From the NCBI GenBank assembly GCA_034927475.1, contig JAYFPW010000006.1, positions 9,197 through 73,196 of the forward strand: a stretch of DNA of 64,000 nucleotides, given 5' to 3'. How positions within the stretch are numbered: the stretch's first letter is position 1; each line of letters begins with the position of its first letter. This document shows positions 28,900-38,321 of this stretch, piece after piece. The DNA is from Candidatus Elulimicrobiales bacterium. Lineage in GTDB: Bacteria > Patescibacteriota > Minisyncoccia > Phycocordibacterales > UBA5272. The notes under the pieces are model-generated. The model was not told the origin of the DNA. It ran no database searches and saw only the letters and a list, made by a program, of their open reading frames with translations. The translations under genes were made by a program, and so were the position numbers.

Positions 28900-29706
28900 T
28901 TAATTTACTTGTATCGATCTGACAGTTTCTAGGAAATCAAATTGTGAGGTAGTCATTATCAAATATTTTTTATTAACATAACCATAAAGAATGGTCATTA
29001 AACCAGCATCAGCGATTTCAAAATCTTGATTGTTTAAAGTTTTAGATTCCCAAACAACATCATTTGAAGACATTGGTTTAGCTGTAATAATTATCGGCGT
29101 TAAAGTATTTTGATCTATAGAGGTAGAAGAAGTGGCGTCATTTGTGAATGGTGTAGTAACAATATCACCAAAACTTTCCATACCAGATGAAATATTTTGA
29201 ATTTTAAATGCGTGGAATAAGTCGCTATTTAAATCTCTTTTATTAGCTAAAATATAAGCGAACAAAGCAGAGTAATTGTCTATATTAGTATTATTTGGGC
29301 GAATAGTTAATACAATAATATTATTTTTCTGAACAACAGCTTCTATATAAGGAGAAATTCCGGGAGCGAGTTTTGGAAGAATTTTTGATAAATCATTTTG
29401 TATACCATCTTGAGCAAGTTGCTGCTCTTGTCTTTGGTTTGCTTCAGAAATAAGTCTGGCCTCTTCTTGTCTTTCAAGATATTTATTATAAAAATAATAA
29501 CCTAAAATAGCCAAAGATGCTGCGATAAATAATATGGCAATAAAAGTTAAAACTTTTTTTGTTAAAGAAGAATCTTTTTTTTCCGGAACAAGAATATCGC
29601 TTTTTTTATTTATTTTTTCTATTCCTCCAGAAATTGGAGCTTCGTCAAAACCACGATTATCATTGATATCGTCTTCGAATGTTCGGATAGTAGGAATGTA
29701 TGCCAT
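28900..29706 (-). CDS. Membrane-anchored hypothetical protein
   Basis: 268 aa with a TM at residues ~50-72 (VLTFIAILFIAASLAILGYYF). It is 6 bp upstream of comM. Confidence 0.5.
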   Translation of the reverse strand: MAYIPTIRTFEDDINDNRGFDEAPISGGIEKINKKSDILVPEKKDSSLTKKVLTFIAILFIAASLAILGYYFYNKYLERQEEARLISEANQRQEQQLAQDGIQNDLSKILPKLAPGISPYIEAVVQKNNIIVLTIRPNNTNIDNYSALFAYILANKRDLNSDLFHAFKIQNISSGMESFGDIVTTPFTNDATSSTSIDQNTLTPIIITAKPMSSNDVVWESKTLNNQDFEIADAGLMTILYGYVNKKYLIMTTSQFDFLETVRSIQVN

Positions 29707-29762
29707 AGAAAAAGAATCTAACTATAATAAAATTATATCACAAAAGTTTTTTTAAATTCTTT

Positions 29763-30314
29763 TTATTTATTCTTTTTTATAAATCTTTTCTTAGCAATGT
29801 GTTTAGCTCTTTTATGAGAGATAACAAACTTTTCTGGATTTTCACACATATCCACAAAATCTTCGCTAACTTCTTTTAATCTAGATGAAGTCGATTTACC
29901 AAATGAAATCACTTCTACTTGGGTTGAGTTTTTTAAATATTCTACAAGAGGTTCAAAATCCCCATCACCTGTCGCAAGAATTATAGTATCCACTTTTGGT
30001 GCTAACCTGATAGCGTCGATAGCCAAACCGACATCCCAATCGCCTTTTTTATTTCCACCAAAAAAAACTTGTAAGTCTTTGATTTTTGTTTCTATTCCAA
30101 TTTTTGTTAAAGCTTCGAAAAAGTCTGTCTCGTCCCCTGCTTCTGTAGCAATCACATAAGCGATGGCTCGCACAAGATGTCTTCCAGCAAGCGCTTCTTC
30201 TAAAACGTTTTTGAAATTTACTTTTGCATTATATAAATTTTTTGCACTGTGATATAAGTTTTGAGTATCGATCAAAATCGCTACTCTTTGGTCTTTTTGT
30301 TTAATAATAGACAT
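29763..30314 (-). CDS. NYN/LabA-like (PIN-fold) domain protein
   Basis: Has the motifs VAILIDTQNLYHSAKNL and TIILATGDGDFEPLV typical of the LabA/NYN family. Confidence 0.75.
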   Translation of the reverse strand: MSIIKQKDQRVAILIDTQNLYHSAKNLYNAKVNFKNVLEEALAGRHLVRAIAYVIATEAGDETDFFEALTKIGIETKIKDLQVFFGGNKKGDWDVGLAIDAIRLAPKVDTIILATGDGDFEPLVEYLKNSTQVEVISFGKSTSSRLKEVSEDFVDMCENPEKFVISHKRAKHIAKKRFIKKNK

Positions 30315-30418
30315 ATATTTGTTGTTATTTATTTTAAATTATAAAAAATTAATTTGCACTTTTTAATATAAAAATTTACTTGTTTATTATAGCAAGATAA
30401 TAACCTTATAATTTAATT

Positions 30419-30449
30419 AAAAATCATCTTCGCTGAGAAGATGATTTTT
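30419..30449 (-). terminator. Rho-independent terminator after rpsO
   Basis: AAATCATCTTcgctgAGAAGATGATTT hairpin flanked by A/T runs. Confidence 0.6.
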
Positions 30450-30451
30450 AA

Positions 30452-30718
30452 TTATGCTCTGAGCCCTAATTTTTTAGTTACTTTTTTGTGAACTTCTGGT
30501 TGATTTTTTTCTAAATATTTTAAATGAGATCTTCTGTCTGCAACCAATTGAATTAAACCTCTTCTTGAACTGTTATCTTTTTTATGAGTTTTAAGATGAT
30601 TAGTTACTTCTTCAATTCGACGAGTCAAAATAGCGACTTGAGAGCCTGCAGAACCAGTATCTGTGTCATGCATCTGTACTTCCTTGATAGCATTTGCCTT
30701 TTTTCTTTTTGTAAGCAT
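30452..30718 (-). CDS. rpsO: 30S ribosomal protein S15
   Basis: 88 aa with HLKTHKKDNSSRRGLIQLVADRRSHLKYL, matching the S15 signature. Confidence 0.9.
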   Translation of the reverse strand: MLTKRKKANAIKEVQMHDTDTGSAGSQVAILTRRIEEVTNHLKTHKKDNSSRRGLIQLVADRRSHLKYLEKNQPEVHKKVTKKLGLRA

Positions 30719-30836
30719 ATTAGTATTAAAATTATCTTGACTTAAACAAGTTTGTATATCATATCATACTTTTCTAAAAAAAGCAAGTATAAGAAAAGTT
30801 TGAATATAAGTATTTTAACTGTGCTAAAATATAACC

Positions 30837-31874
30837 ATGTCGCACAATATCTCCATAAAAGAGCTTGAAAACCTAAAAGACAGCTTTCTAGAATATATAG
30901 AAATTGAAAGAGGTAGATCACTTTTAACTGTTAGAAATTATATTCACTATCTCGACAGGTTTATTAAATTCTTAAAAGATAATAAATTTTCGACCGTGGA
31001 TGATAGGGTTATGCGTGAGTATAGACTTTTCTTGAATCGCCTCCCCTCAAAAGGGAATTATAATTCAAAAAATAAACTTTCAGAAACTTTAGATAAAAAA
31101 ACTCAAAACTATCACTTGATAGCGCTCAGGGCTTTTTTGAAATATTGTCGCAGAAAAGAAGTAGAAGTCTATAATCCAGAAAAAATTGAATTAGCTAAAA
31201 CCTCTCAAAGAGAATTAGATTTAATCACTGAAAAAGATTTAGAAAATCTTTTAAATGCACCAGAAGAATTTTATGAAGCGAGAATTAAAGAATTAAATAA
31301 TTCAAAAAATAAAATTAAAGATTTAGAAGGGCAAAAAAAGAATCTTCTTTTAACTTCTCTGAGAGATAAAGCTATTTTAGAAACCTTTTTCTCTACCGGG
31401 CTTCGTGTTTCTGAACTTTGTTCTCTTGATAGAGATGAAGATTTGTCTCATGGAGAAATATCTATTCGCGGAAAAGGTGGAAAAGTCAGAGTCGTCTTTT
31501 TTTCGGATTTTGCTAGAAATGCTATCAGAGAATATTTAAAAGAAAGAGTTGATATCGACGACGCTATGTTTATAGATTTATCTTTTACCGCTAAAGGTAG
31601 AATTAAAGATGGAAAAGATTTAAGATTAACCACTAGAAGCGTAGAAAGAATTATAAAAAAATATGCAGAATTTGTTGGTATTTCTAAAAAATGTACCCCC
31701 CATGTTTTAAGACACTCTTTTGCTACCGATCTTTTAAAAAATGGAGCTGATATAAGGACGGTGCAAATGATGCTTGGCCACGCTTCTATCGCCACTACTC
31801 AGATTTATACAAATGTGACAAACAAATTCTTAAAAGACCAGTTTGCAAAGTATCATTCTAAAAAAAGAAGTTAA
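30837..31874 (+). CDS. xerC: Tyrosine site-specific recombinase XerC/XerD family
   Basis: C-terminal catalytic box HVLRHSFATDLLKNGADIRTVQMMLGHASIATTQIYTNV (R..HxxR..Y). It is 345 aa with an internal insertion. Confidence 0.85.
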   Translation: MSHNISIKELENLKDSFLEYIEIERGRSLLTVRNYIHYLDRFIKFLKDNKFSTVDDRVMREYRLFLNRLPSKGNYNSKNKLSETLDKKTQNYHLIALRAFLKYCRRKEVEVYNPEKIELAKTSQRELDLITEKDLENLLNAPEEFYEARIKELNNSKNKIKDLEGQKKNLLLTSLRDKAILETFFSTGLRVSELCSLDRDEDLSHGEISIRGKGGKVRVVFFSDFARNAIREYLKERVDIDDAMFIDLSFTAKGRIKDGKDLRLTTRSVERIIKKYAEFVGISKKCTPHVLRHSFATDLLKNGADIRTVQMMLGHASIATTQIYTNVTNKFLKDQFAKYHSKKRS

Positions 31875-31909
31875 TTTTCGTTTGAGATAGCTTATGTTAA
31901 AATAGTTTT

Positions 31910-32683
31910 ATGAAAATAATTACTTGGAATGTAAACGGGCTTCGCGCTATAGAAAGAAAAGGAGGATTAGATAATTTAGTAGAAAAATATTCTCCAGATA
32001 TCATCTGTTTGCAAGAAACTAAATCCCATATTGATCAATTAGAAGATAAAACAAAAGATAAACAGGGATATTATTCATTCTTTGAATCTGCAAATAATAG
32101 AAAAGGTTATTCTGGGGTGGCTATTTATACAAAAAAGCAGCCAATAAAAGTTTCTGGGACAATGGGTTATAAAGAGGAAGAATTTTTAGATAATGAAGGT
32201 AGAACTATCGTTGCTGAATACGAAGATTTTTATTTATTAAATGGATATTTTCCAAATGGAAATAAAAGTGAAGAACATTTTCAATATAAACTCGATTATT
32301 ATAAAAGATTTTTAAATTTAGCTAGAAAACTAGAAAAGAAAAAACCTGTGATTTTTTGTGGAGATGTAAATGCCACAGTCGCCGATATTGATCTTGCCCG
32401 TCCAAAAGAAAATGCAGGACAAGTTGGTTGTACTCCAGAAGAAAGAGAATTGCTTCAGGAATGGAGAAAATATTTTATTGATATTTGGAGAGAAGAAAAT
32501 CCAGAAAAGCAAGAATATACTTGGTGGGATATGAAAACTTTTGCCAGAGAGAGAAATGTCGGCTGGAGAATTGATTATTTTTTTATTTCTAAGTCTTTAA
32601 AAAGTAAAATCAAAAATGTAGAGATTTTAGGAGAAGTTTTTGGTTCAGATCATTGTCCAATAATTTTAGATATTAAGATTTAA
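31910..32683 (+). CDS. xthA: Exodeoxyribonuclease III (AP endonuclease)
   Basis: Has MKIITWNVNGLRA and a C-terminal SDHCPI; 257 aa. Confidence 0.9.
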   Translation: MKIITWNVNGLRAIERKGGLDNLVEKYSPDIICLQETKSHIDQLEDKTKDKQGYYSFFESANNRKGYSGVAIYTKKQPIKVSGTMGYKEEEFLDNEGRTIVAEYEDFYLLNGYFPNGNKSEEHFQYKLDYYKRFLNLARKLEKKKPVIFCGDVNATVADIDLARPKENAGQVGCTPEERELLQEWRKYFIDIWREENPEKQEYTWWDMKTFARERNVGWRIDYFFISKSLKSKIKNVEILGEVFGSDHCPIILDIKI

Positions 32684-32707
32684 AAATCTAGTACTGTTTA
32701 AATAAAA

Positions 32708-32745
32708 TAAAAAACACTTATAGAAAAGTGTTTTTTATTTTTTAT
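32708..32745. terminator. Bidirectional rho-independent terminator
   Basis: AAAACACTTatagaaAAGTGTTTT plus T-runs, between the convergent xthA and the 32760-34181 gene. Confidence 0.6.
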
Positions 32746-32759
32746 TAAAATTTATTTTA

Positions 32760-34181
32760 TTAGTTTACTAAGACAGAAGGAGAGGTGTTTGTTGATAAGA
32801 CCTCAAGAGGAAGAGATAGAGGAACTTCATAAAATACAATCTTACACCACCATGATGTTGTTGGGCATGTTACTGGAGGAGGAACATAAGAACTATCGCC
32901 ACCTCCACCCCCTCCACCATTCATCATAATAGTATCTGCTTCCAAAGCTTGGATTAAAGCATTAGCTTTCTTTATATTTAAGAATTTCTCTAAGTAATTA
33001 AGCATCTCGCAAGGCTTTCTAGGGTCGCTACAATCTCCAGGAACAGTTGGTAAAGGTTTTGGACAAACCTTAGTTTCTGGAACAATTGATCCATCAGGAC
33101 AGGGTTTATAACAAGTTGCAGTTGTAACAACCACAGTTCCGTCTGCACAAGTCTTAGTTGCTGGACAATTTTGAGTGGAAGGTATACTACTTCCATCAGG
33201 ACAAGTTTTAATTGTCGGAGTGGTTGGAACTGTTGGGGTTGTTGGACAATCTTCAGTAATTAAAACTCTACCTCCACTCGGACAAGATTTATATTGATCT
33301 GTAACTAAATTCCAAGAGCCTTTGTTTATGACATTTCTATTAGGGGTATAAGTTGTGTAAGATGGTCTAAATTTGAATTGGGCTACATATTGTCCAGGAT
33401 CTGCGTTTGTCGGTATAAATACAGAAGATGGAATTGCTTCACTACCATACACATAAGTTCTTGATAAAATAGGGCGCTGTCCAGTATTTACATCTATAAG
33501 AGTGGGGGTGTATGGTTCAGCATAGGCATAGCTACTAACATAAAGAGGAACATTAGCGGTATTTTTATCTACAAGGATAACGTCATGTGCTTCGCCAGAT
33601 GTATAAGTGCTACCTCCACTACCATATCGATCAGCGATATACCCAGTATATGAAAAAGTACCCTTTATATTACGCTGAGAATCTATATATACATCACTTA
33701 AGTTGGTAATTGTGAGGTCTACAATAGTATTTCCATAATTATCTCTCAGGTCTATACTACTAGCATTCCAGACGTTGAAGACCTGACGCCCCTCTAGGTA
33801 CACAGTATTTTTATTTGAGTCTAGATAAAAAACAGGAGCTTGAGAGAGTTGTTTAAGAGTTAAGAAAGAGCTTGTATCTGGTCTTCCTATTTCGAAGTTA
33901 TAATTGTACATATATAACGTTTGAGCATGGGTTGCTCCATTTGCACAACGTATATCTTGTTTAGGGTTTACATAGACATAAGGTGTGATAGTGTCTCCAG
34001 GTTTAAATTTCCCAAGACTACCACCAGTTAATCTATACTCTACAACGAGAGATGCATTTGAAGAGGATTGGGTAGGATCGGTAAAAGTTACACTAAATAC
34101 ATCTGCGCTTGCAATTTTTGCGGCGGAGAAGAATAAGATTGGAGTTAATATTGCAAAGATTATATTTTTATTAATTTTCAT
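32760..34181 (-). CDS. Secreted protein with Pro/Thr-rich linker and poly-Gly tract
   Basis: 473 aa with a signal peptide (IIFAILTPILFFSAAKIASA). The C-terminal region has repeated C-P-x-G-S/T motifs and a GGGGGGG run. Confidence 0.5.
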   Translation of the reverse strand: MKINKNIIFAILTPILFFSAAKIASADVFSVTFTDPTQSSSNASLVVEYRLTGGSLGKFKPGDTITPYVYVNPKQDIRCANGATHAQTLYMYNYNFEIGRPDTSSFLTLKQLSQAPVFYLDSNKNTVYLEGRQVFNVWNASSIDLRDNYGNTIVDLTITNLSDVYIDSQRNIKGTFSYTGYIADRYGSGGSTYTSGEAHDVILVDKNTANVPLYVSSYAYAEPYTPTLIDVNTGQRPILSRTYVYGSEAIPSSVFIPTNADPGQYVAQFKFRPSYTTYTPNRNVINKGSWNLVTDQYKSCPSGGRVLITEDCPTTPTVPTTPTIKTCPDGSSIPSTQNCPATKTCADGTVVVTTATCYKPCPDGSIVPETKVCPKPLPTVPGDCSDPRKPCEMLNYLEKFLNIKKANALIQALEADTIMMNGGGGGGGDSSYVPPPVTCPTTSWWCKIVFYEVPLSLPLEVLSTNTSPSVLVN

Positions 34182-34209
34182 ATTTTTGTTGTTAAATTTA
34201 TAATAAAGA

Positions 34210-35553
34210 TTATTTATCCTCGACCTTTTGTTTTTTAAGAAGTAGAATTCCGACAGCTATTAAAACTAGCACTAAAATTAATACCACTACATATATTGCG
34301 TTAGCATTTGCAAAAGAAAAGCTAGCTTTAGGAATATTTGCATTTATTTGTACATTTGTCACAGGATTGTTTAAATCAATCTTTGTGGTATCTAAGACAT
34401 TGCCATTATCATCTAATATACTTACTTCGGCTATAGCTCCGTCACAAGTTTTATCAATTGCCACCTTAATAAGATCTTCTCCTAAGATCTCAGGTGTGGC
34501 AACTTTTTTATTTACAGAACCACAAATATTTCCATTAGAATCTTTGATATCTATCTTAGTACGATATGTAGCATCGCTACCAGGAAGTCTTGAGAAGGAG
34601 AAGGTGTCAGCAGAAGCTGTCCAAAGAACTTTCACTTGTGCTTCATCTCCAGCTACATAATTAGTCTTATCCATTAAAACATTTTGAATAGTTGCTGATA
34701 CTCCAGAAATAACGTAGTGTAAAAATACTGAGTAAGAAACTTTTTCACCTTTACTATTAATTAAGAAAGTATCGATATCATACGCTTGTGGTGTAGTCTG
34801 AGTAGGGACTGGAAAAGTTATTGTCTGAGTACTCTTCCCTTTAATGGTAATAGGGTCTGGTAGAATTTCATTAGTCAAAATATCTCCCAACTGATCTCTT
34901 TTATGGGTAATAAGTTGTAATCTTAAATCATCTCCCTTCAAGGTATTATTTGTTATCTCACAAGAAGCAATTAATTTTTCTACTCCAGCTTTGATCGTCA
35001 CCCCTTCACCAAAGGCGTATGTAGTATTAGGATCATCACCCTCTACTTTCAAATAACACTTATCTACATCTAACCCAGAACTATTTTCAATGGTTATATA
35101 TTTTTCTGGAAAACTTGTAGGAGAAGTTGCTAAAAGTAGTCCATTTTGATTTTGAGCTACTATAAGCATTCTATAAACTCCATCAGAAATATAGTCCGGA
35201 ATTGTGTATTCCAGTGTTATTTCTTTTTGATCATTCTCTCCCAGAGTTATAGCCTTATTAACCAGGTATATATCAATAGGTTTATTATTGTATCTCCTTA
35301 TTAATTGAATACCGTATCGAATATTTGGTTGTATACCTTCTCTGTTAGTAAATACAAAAGATACAGAATAAGTCTTGTTGTTAATTTTTGTACTAGTAGC
35401 ATCGTAAATATTTACAGTTGCCAATTTGACTACTTCCATTTTCGTCTCTGGAACACTGGCTGTTGTTTGAGCAACTACTCTATAAGTATTTGCTACAGCA
35501 AAAAGTGCCAAAGCTAAGAAGGTTATAGAAAACAATTTTATAATTTTTTTCAT
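34210..35553 (-). CDS. Secreted protein with C-terminal transmembrane anchor
   Basis: 447 aa with a signal peptide (LFSITFLALALFAVANTYRVVAQ) and a C-terminal hydrophobic anchor (VVVLILVLVLIAVGILLLKKQK). It is co-directional and adjacent to 32760-34181. Confidence 0.5.
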   Translation of the reverse strand: MKKIIKLFSITFLALALFAVANTYRVVAQTTASVPETKMEVVKLATVNIYDATSTKINNKTYSVSFVFTNREGIQPNIRYGIQLIRRYNNKPIDIYLVNKAITLGENDQKEITLEYTIPDYISDGVYRMLIVAQNQNGLLLATSPTSFPEKYITIENSSGLDVDKCYLKVEGDDPNTTYAFGEGVTIKAGVEKLIASCEITNNTLKGDDLRLQLITHKRDQLGDILTNEILPDPITIKGKSTQTITFPVPTQTTPQAYDIDTFLINSKGEKVSYSVFLHYVISGVSATIQNVLMDKTNYVAGDEAQVKVLWTASADTFSFSRLPGSDATYRTKIDIKDSNGNICGSVNKKVATPEILGEDLIKVAIDKTCDGAIAEVSILDDNGNVLDTTKIDLNNPVTNVQINANIPKASFSFANANAIYVVVLILVLVLIAVGILLLKKQKVEDK

Positions 35554-35669
35554 AATTTAGTTAAAACTTAAAATATTAATAAATAAATAAATGCAAAACT
35601 TCTCATCTTATTTATAATAAAATTATAGCAAGTAATTCTTTAAATCTGACAAAAGTTATTCACATACAC

Positions 35670-35702
35670 AAAATCACACACAAATTTGTGTGTGATTTTT
35701 TA
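35670..35702. terminator. Perfect 28-bp palindrome hairpin with T-run
   Basis: AAATCACACACAAATTTGTGTGTGATTTTTT. Confidence 0.5.
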
Positions 35703-35725
35703 TTTATGAAATTTTAATTATTTAT

Positions 35726-35962
35726 TTACTCCAAAAAATTTTCTTCTCTAAGAGCGTTTTTCTTTTGCATTTTTAGGCTGGCTTTTTCTGCTCTTTTTAT
35801 CTGAGTTGCAGTTTTATTTGTCATATCTCTATTGTTTCTGGTCTGTATATCTATACTTGCCATTGTTGGGCTGGAAAAGAGCATTGTTGAAGCCAAAGTC
35901 ACTCCGGAAACTCCTAGAAGAACATCTTTTTGAAGCCTTTGCAGGCTATATCTTCTAGTCAT
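35726..35962 (-). CDS. Small hypothetical membrane protein
   Basis: 78-aa ORF with one hydrophobic segment. Weak support. Confidence 0.2.
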   Translation of the reverse strand: MTRRYSLQRLQKDVLLGVSGVTLASTMLFSSPTMASIDIQTRNNRDMTNKTATQIKRAEKASLKMQKKNALREENFLE

Positions 35963-36089
35963 ATTTATTATTTTGCTTTATTTTCAACAAAAAACTAAGT
36001 AATAAATTTGTATATAAATTTTTTTTTAATTCATATACATATTCATTGTAACAGACTTTTTAAAATTACAAAATTTTCTTAATTTTTTG

Positions 36090-37187
36090 TTAATTTAATG
36101 CTAATAAGCCAGGAAGTTTTCCGTCTTTTGCTAAATATTCGAGCATTGCGCCGCCAGCTGTAGAGATAAAGGTCTTGTTTTTTGAGACTATTTTAAGGTT
36201 CTTAACAAGAACTAAAGTATCCCCTCCTCCGATTAAAATGTTAACATTTTTATTTTTTAAAATCTTTAAAATAGCAATAGTTCCAGCATCAAACCCATCC
36301 TCGTATAAACCTAAAGGTCCATTTAATATGATATTTTTTGAGTTTTCCACTTCTTTTTTAAGAATAGCTAAAGTTGTTGGGCCAATATCTGCAATATAGT
36401 CTTTCTCTTTAAGTTTATCCACAGTTTCTACTTTTTTATTTTTTAAAATGACATCGATTGGAAGTAATAACTGCTTATTTTTAATAGAAGTTAGTAAAGT
36501 CTTTTTAATAACTGGAGAGATTTTAAAGTCTTTTTCTAAAAATGAAGAACCTGTTTCTAAATTTAAAACATCTTTTAAAATTTGATTTGCCATTCCTCCG
36601 CCAACAAAGACTTTTGCGTTTAAATCTAAAAACTTTGTTATTAAAGGTAATTTTGTAGAGATTTTTGCTCCAGAAAGAATGAGAAGCGTTTTATTTTTTT
36701 TATCTTTTGCTAATTTTAAACTCTTTTCAAGATTTTTAATTTCTATTTTTGACAAGTCTCCCAAGCTTACTTTTTTATTTTCTTTCTTAAATATTTCTGG
36801 AATGCCAACAATAGAAGCGTGTTCTCTATGCATAGTTGCAAAAGCGTCATTAATATATTCGTCCCCTAATGAAGCGAAATATTTAGCGGTCTCTTTAAAT
36901 TCTTTACTACTTTTTTTTAAAGTTTCTCCTTTCCAAAAACGAACATTATCTAAAATTTGAATATTTTCATTTTCTTTTTTATTTAATTTTTTACGTAGAT
37001 AATTTTCAACTGGCTTAAGAGAATCTTTTTTCTCCCCTTTTCCTAAATGGCTGAGAATAATGATTTTATTTTTCTCTGATAATTTTTTTATTTCTGGAAT
37101 AACAGCATCGATTCTTTCAGTGTCTCGAATGTTTCCATTTTTTTCTATTGGCACGTTTAAATCTAAACGTAAAATAATTTTTTTCAT
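36090..37187 (-). CDS. pgk: Phosphoglycerate kinase (short form)
   Basis: Has RLDLNVP, DAFATMHREHAS, and a C-terminal STAGGAMLEYLAKDGKLPGLLAL. Confidence 0.9.
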   Translation of the reverse strand: MKKIILRLDLNVPIEKNGNIRDTERIDAVIPEIKKLSEKNKIIILSHLGKGEKKDSLKPVENYLRKKLNKKENENIQILDNVRFWKGETLKKSSKEFKETAKYFASLGDEYINDAFATMHREHASIVGIPEIFKKENKKVSLGDLSKIEIKNLEKSLKLAKDKKNKTLLILSGAKISTKLPLITKFLDLNAKVFVGGGMANQILKDVLNLETGSSFLEKDFKISPVIKKTLLTSIKNKQLLLPIDVILKNKKVETVDKLKEKDYIADIGPTTLAILKKEVENSKNIILNGPLGLYEDGFDAGTIAILKILKNKNVNILIGGGDTLVLVKNLKIVSKNKTFISTAGGAMLEYLAKDGKLPGLLALN

Positions 37188-37218
37188 ATTTTTAAATTAA
37201 AAGATAATGTTGAAGAAT

Positions 37219-38223
37219 TTAAACTGTGGCTTCAACAAGTATTTTTGCTAAATCTTTTGCGGAAGAAGTTTCGTTGTTGATTAAAATTCCATCAACACTT
37301 CCTTCTTTTAAAATAGAATTAACATTGTTCAAATTAATTGGTCCACTGTATAAAATTCTGACTCTTTTAGCATTGTCTATACCAAAAAGGTTTGCTATAG
37401 CTCGTCTAATAGTGATAACTTTTTCCTGACAATCATCAACATAAACTCTGTCCATATTTAAAATCTTTTTACCAGTTTCGTAACAAATAAAAAGTTTATC
37501 AAAAAAATTATAATGAAGATTTTTCACCATTCTTTTTACGAAACTAGTGAGAAAAGTTAAATCGTCGTTATTGCTTTTAATAATTAAGACAGTTTCCATT
37601 TGATTTTGAAGAGATGTTTTTAATTTTTCCTCTAAAACTTGAAATTCTTTTTCTTTAGCTTTTAATAAAAGCTTTCTTTGTTCTTCACTTTCTTTTTCAG
37701 GATCGATTTTTTCTTCAACAACTTCTTCTTTTTTATTTTGTATATTTTTTTTACTAATACTATTTAGTCTTTGTAAAAAAACATTGTCGATTTCATTTTT
37801 CTTTTTAGATTTTTCTTTTGGTAATTCTTCTACTATTTCTGCGGGAACTTTATTTTCAAATTCGATATCGTTATTTAAAATTACAAATTTAGTACCAATA
37901 CTTTTTATTTGAGAAAAAGTCACACAGTTATTTTTATTGGTTTTATCTATTTCTTCAAAATTTTGTGCGCCAATAATTATTTTTTTTAGCTTTTCATTTT
38001 TCTTTTCTTTTACAAATTCTTGTAACGGATAAATAAAAGAAGAAGGAACAGATAAATAAAGATTCAAATCTCTTTTTTTAGGTTTCTTTTTTAATTCTAT
38101 GTCTTTTTTCCTAGCCAAGTCAGAATATTCTTTTGATAATTCTTTCAAAATGTTTTTTGCTTCTTTCAAATCAGAAACATAACCACGCCAATTTATAATA
38201 GTAATAGGAGTTTTTATTGCCAT
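37219..38223 (-). CDS. Triosephosphate isomerase-like protein, divergent, with ~80 aa charged insertion
   Basis: N-terminal ITIINWRGY is collinear with the GNWKMN motif, IIGAQN with the GAQN motif, and the C-terminal RVRILYSGPINLNNV...VDGILINNETSS with the IlYGGSV...DGaLVGGASL motif of TIM. It is immediately upstream of pgk. Confidence 0.5.
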   Translation of the reverse strand: MAIKTPITIINWRGYVSDLKEAKNILKELSKEYSDLARKKDIELKKKPKKRDLNLYLSVPSSFIYPLQEFVKEKKNEKLKKIIIGAQNFEEIDKTNKNNCVTFSQIKSIGTKFVILNNDIEFENKVPAEIVEELPKEKSKKKNEIDNVFLQRLNSISKKNIQNKKEEVVEEKIDPEKESEEQRKLLLKAKEKEFQVLEEKLKTSLQNQMETVLIIKSNNDDLTFLTSFVKRMVKNLHYNFFDKLFICYETGKKILNMDRVYVDDCQEKVITIRRAIANLFGIDNAKRVRILYSGPINLNNVNSILKEGSVDGILINNETSSAKDLAKILVEATV

Positions 38224-38321
38224 AAAGACATTTTAACATAAAAGATTTTTTAATTTTCTTTTTTTGACTTTGAAAACTTTTTTTGCTAAAATGTATCTAT
38301 TATTAAGTAAAGGTGTGAAGT

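Noticed and set aside
30837-31874. Tyrosine recombinase as a possible integrase of a mobile element
   Set aside because: Flanked by housekeeping genes (rpsO, xthA) with no direct repeats, phage genes or cargo. Best read as a chromosomal XerC/D-type dimer-resolution recombinase.
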